This document shows, in pieces, positions 63,511-64,000 of a stretch of DNA of 64,000 bases (its first letter is position 1; the number at the start of each line of letters is the position of its first letter). The notes beneath the pieces were generated by a model. It was given only the letters and a program-made list of their open reading frames with translations. It ran no database searches and was not told the DNA's origin. Source of the stretch: Raillietiella orientalis (taxonomy: Eukaryota); NCBI GenBank assembly GCA_036172245.1, contig JAYWIR010000030.1, positions 2,294,001 to 2,358,000 on the forward strand, written 5' to 3'. The position numbers and the translations under genes were made by a program.

Positions 63511-64000
63511 GAGGAGGGGAGGGATGAAGGGATGGCGAAAAAGAAGTAAGAAATCTTAGAGATTCACCAAGGGCAACCCGCGGTTTCCTGAAAAGACATT
63601 CCGCCACGCTATGAACTCTGCATGGACGCGTTGGCCATGGCGACCGGGGCCAGCAAAATATCTCTGAGATTTACGTACCGTTGAGAAGAGGCGGAGAAGG
63701 GCGCGGAAGCCAAAAGCATCTTCGTCCTTCGGAAAGTGTTGGGAGATCGTTGTTTGCCAATGGGCAGGGAAGAGAGCGAAAAAGAACGACTTCCATTTTT
63801 TGAAGAGAATGAAGCGCAGGAACAGGCATTTGCTGAGTGCTGAGTCGGTGGAATAGCGATCTGGTCGCCGGTTGAAGGCGCCGTTGATGGACCTAAAGTT
63901 TGCTTTCAAAGCATCTCCCTCCAGGAGGAGCTCATTTCAAGGAGCAGGATATTATTAGGGATTGCACATGCAATTAGTCTGACTAGAGCTGTTTTTATGA

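Noticed and set aside
1..64000. CRISPR arrays, rRNA/tRNA genes, prokaryotic operons
   Set aside because: No regularly spaced repeat-spacer pattern, RNA-gene signature or dense intact coding was seen; the content is eukaryotic transposon debris.

Overview
Eukaryotic (probably arthropod, from a degenerate TAACC/TTAGG tract and the transposon families present) transposon graveyard with no intact gene I can support; the host cannot be identified. All protein calls are by-eye motif resemblances read across frameshifts and need profile searches, and boundaries are approximate unless stated as exact. Main signal: six decayed copies of one tyrosine-recombinase-like gene (YR1). Five are followed directly by a KMT5A/PR-Set7-like SET remnant, and two of those continue into a zinc-finger-like region and a second, different recombinase-like gene (YR2). 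This gives a recurring YR1-SET-ZnF-YR2 cassette that looks like a large mobile element carrying a histone methyltransferase. A decayed histone H3 lies just after the first cassette. Two inverted YR1 copies share an apparently identical 1,189-bp segment (20954-22142 / 34118-35306) inside otherwise diverged homology. The rest is decayed DIRS-type YR retrotransposons, L1/Tx1- and RTE-like LINEs, and piggyBac, pogo and hAT-like fragments.
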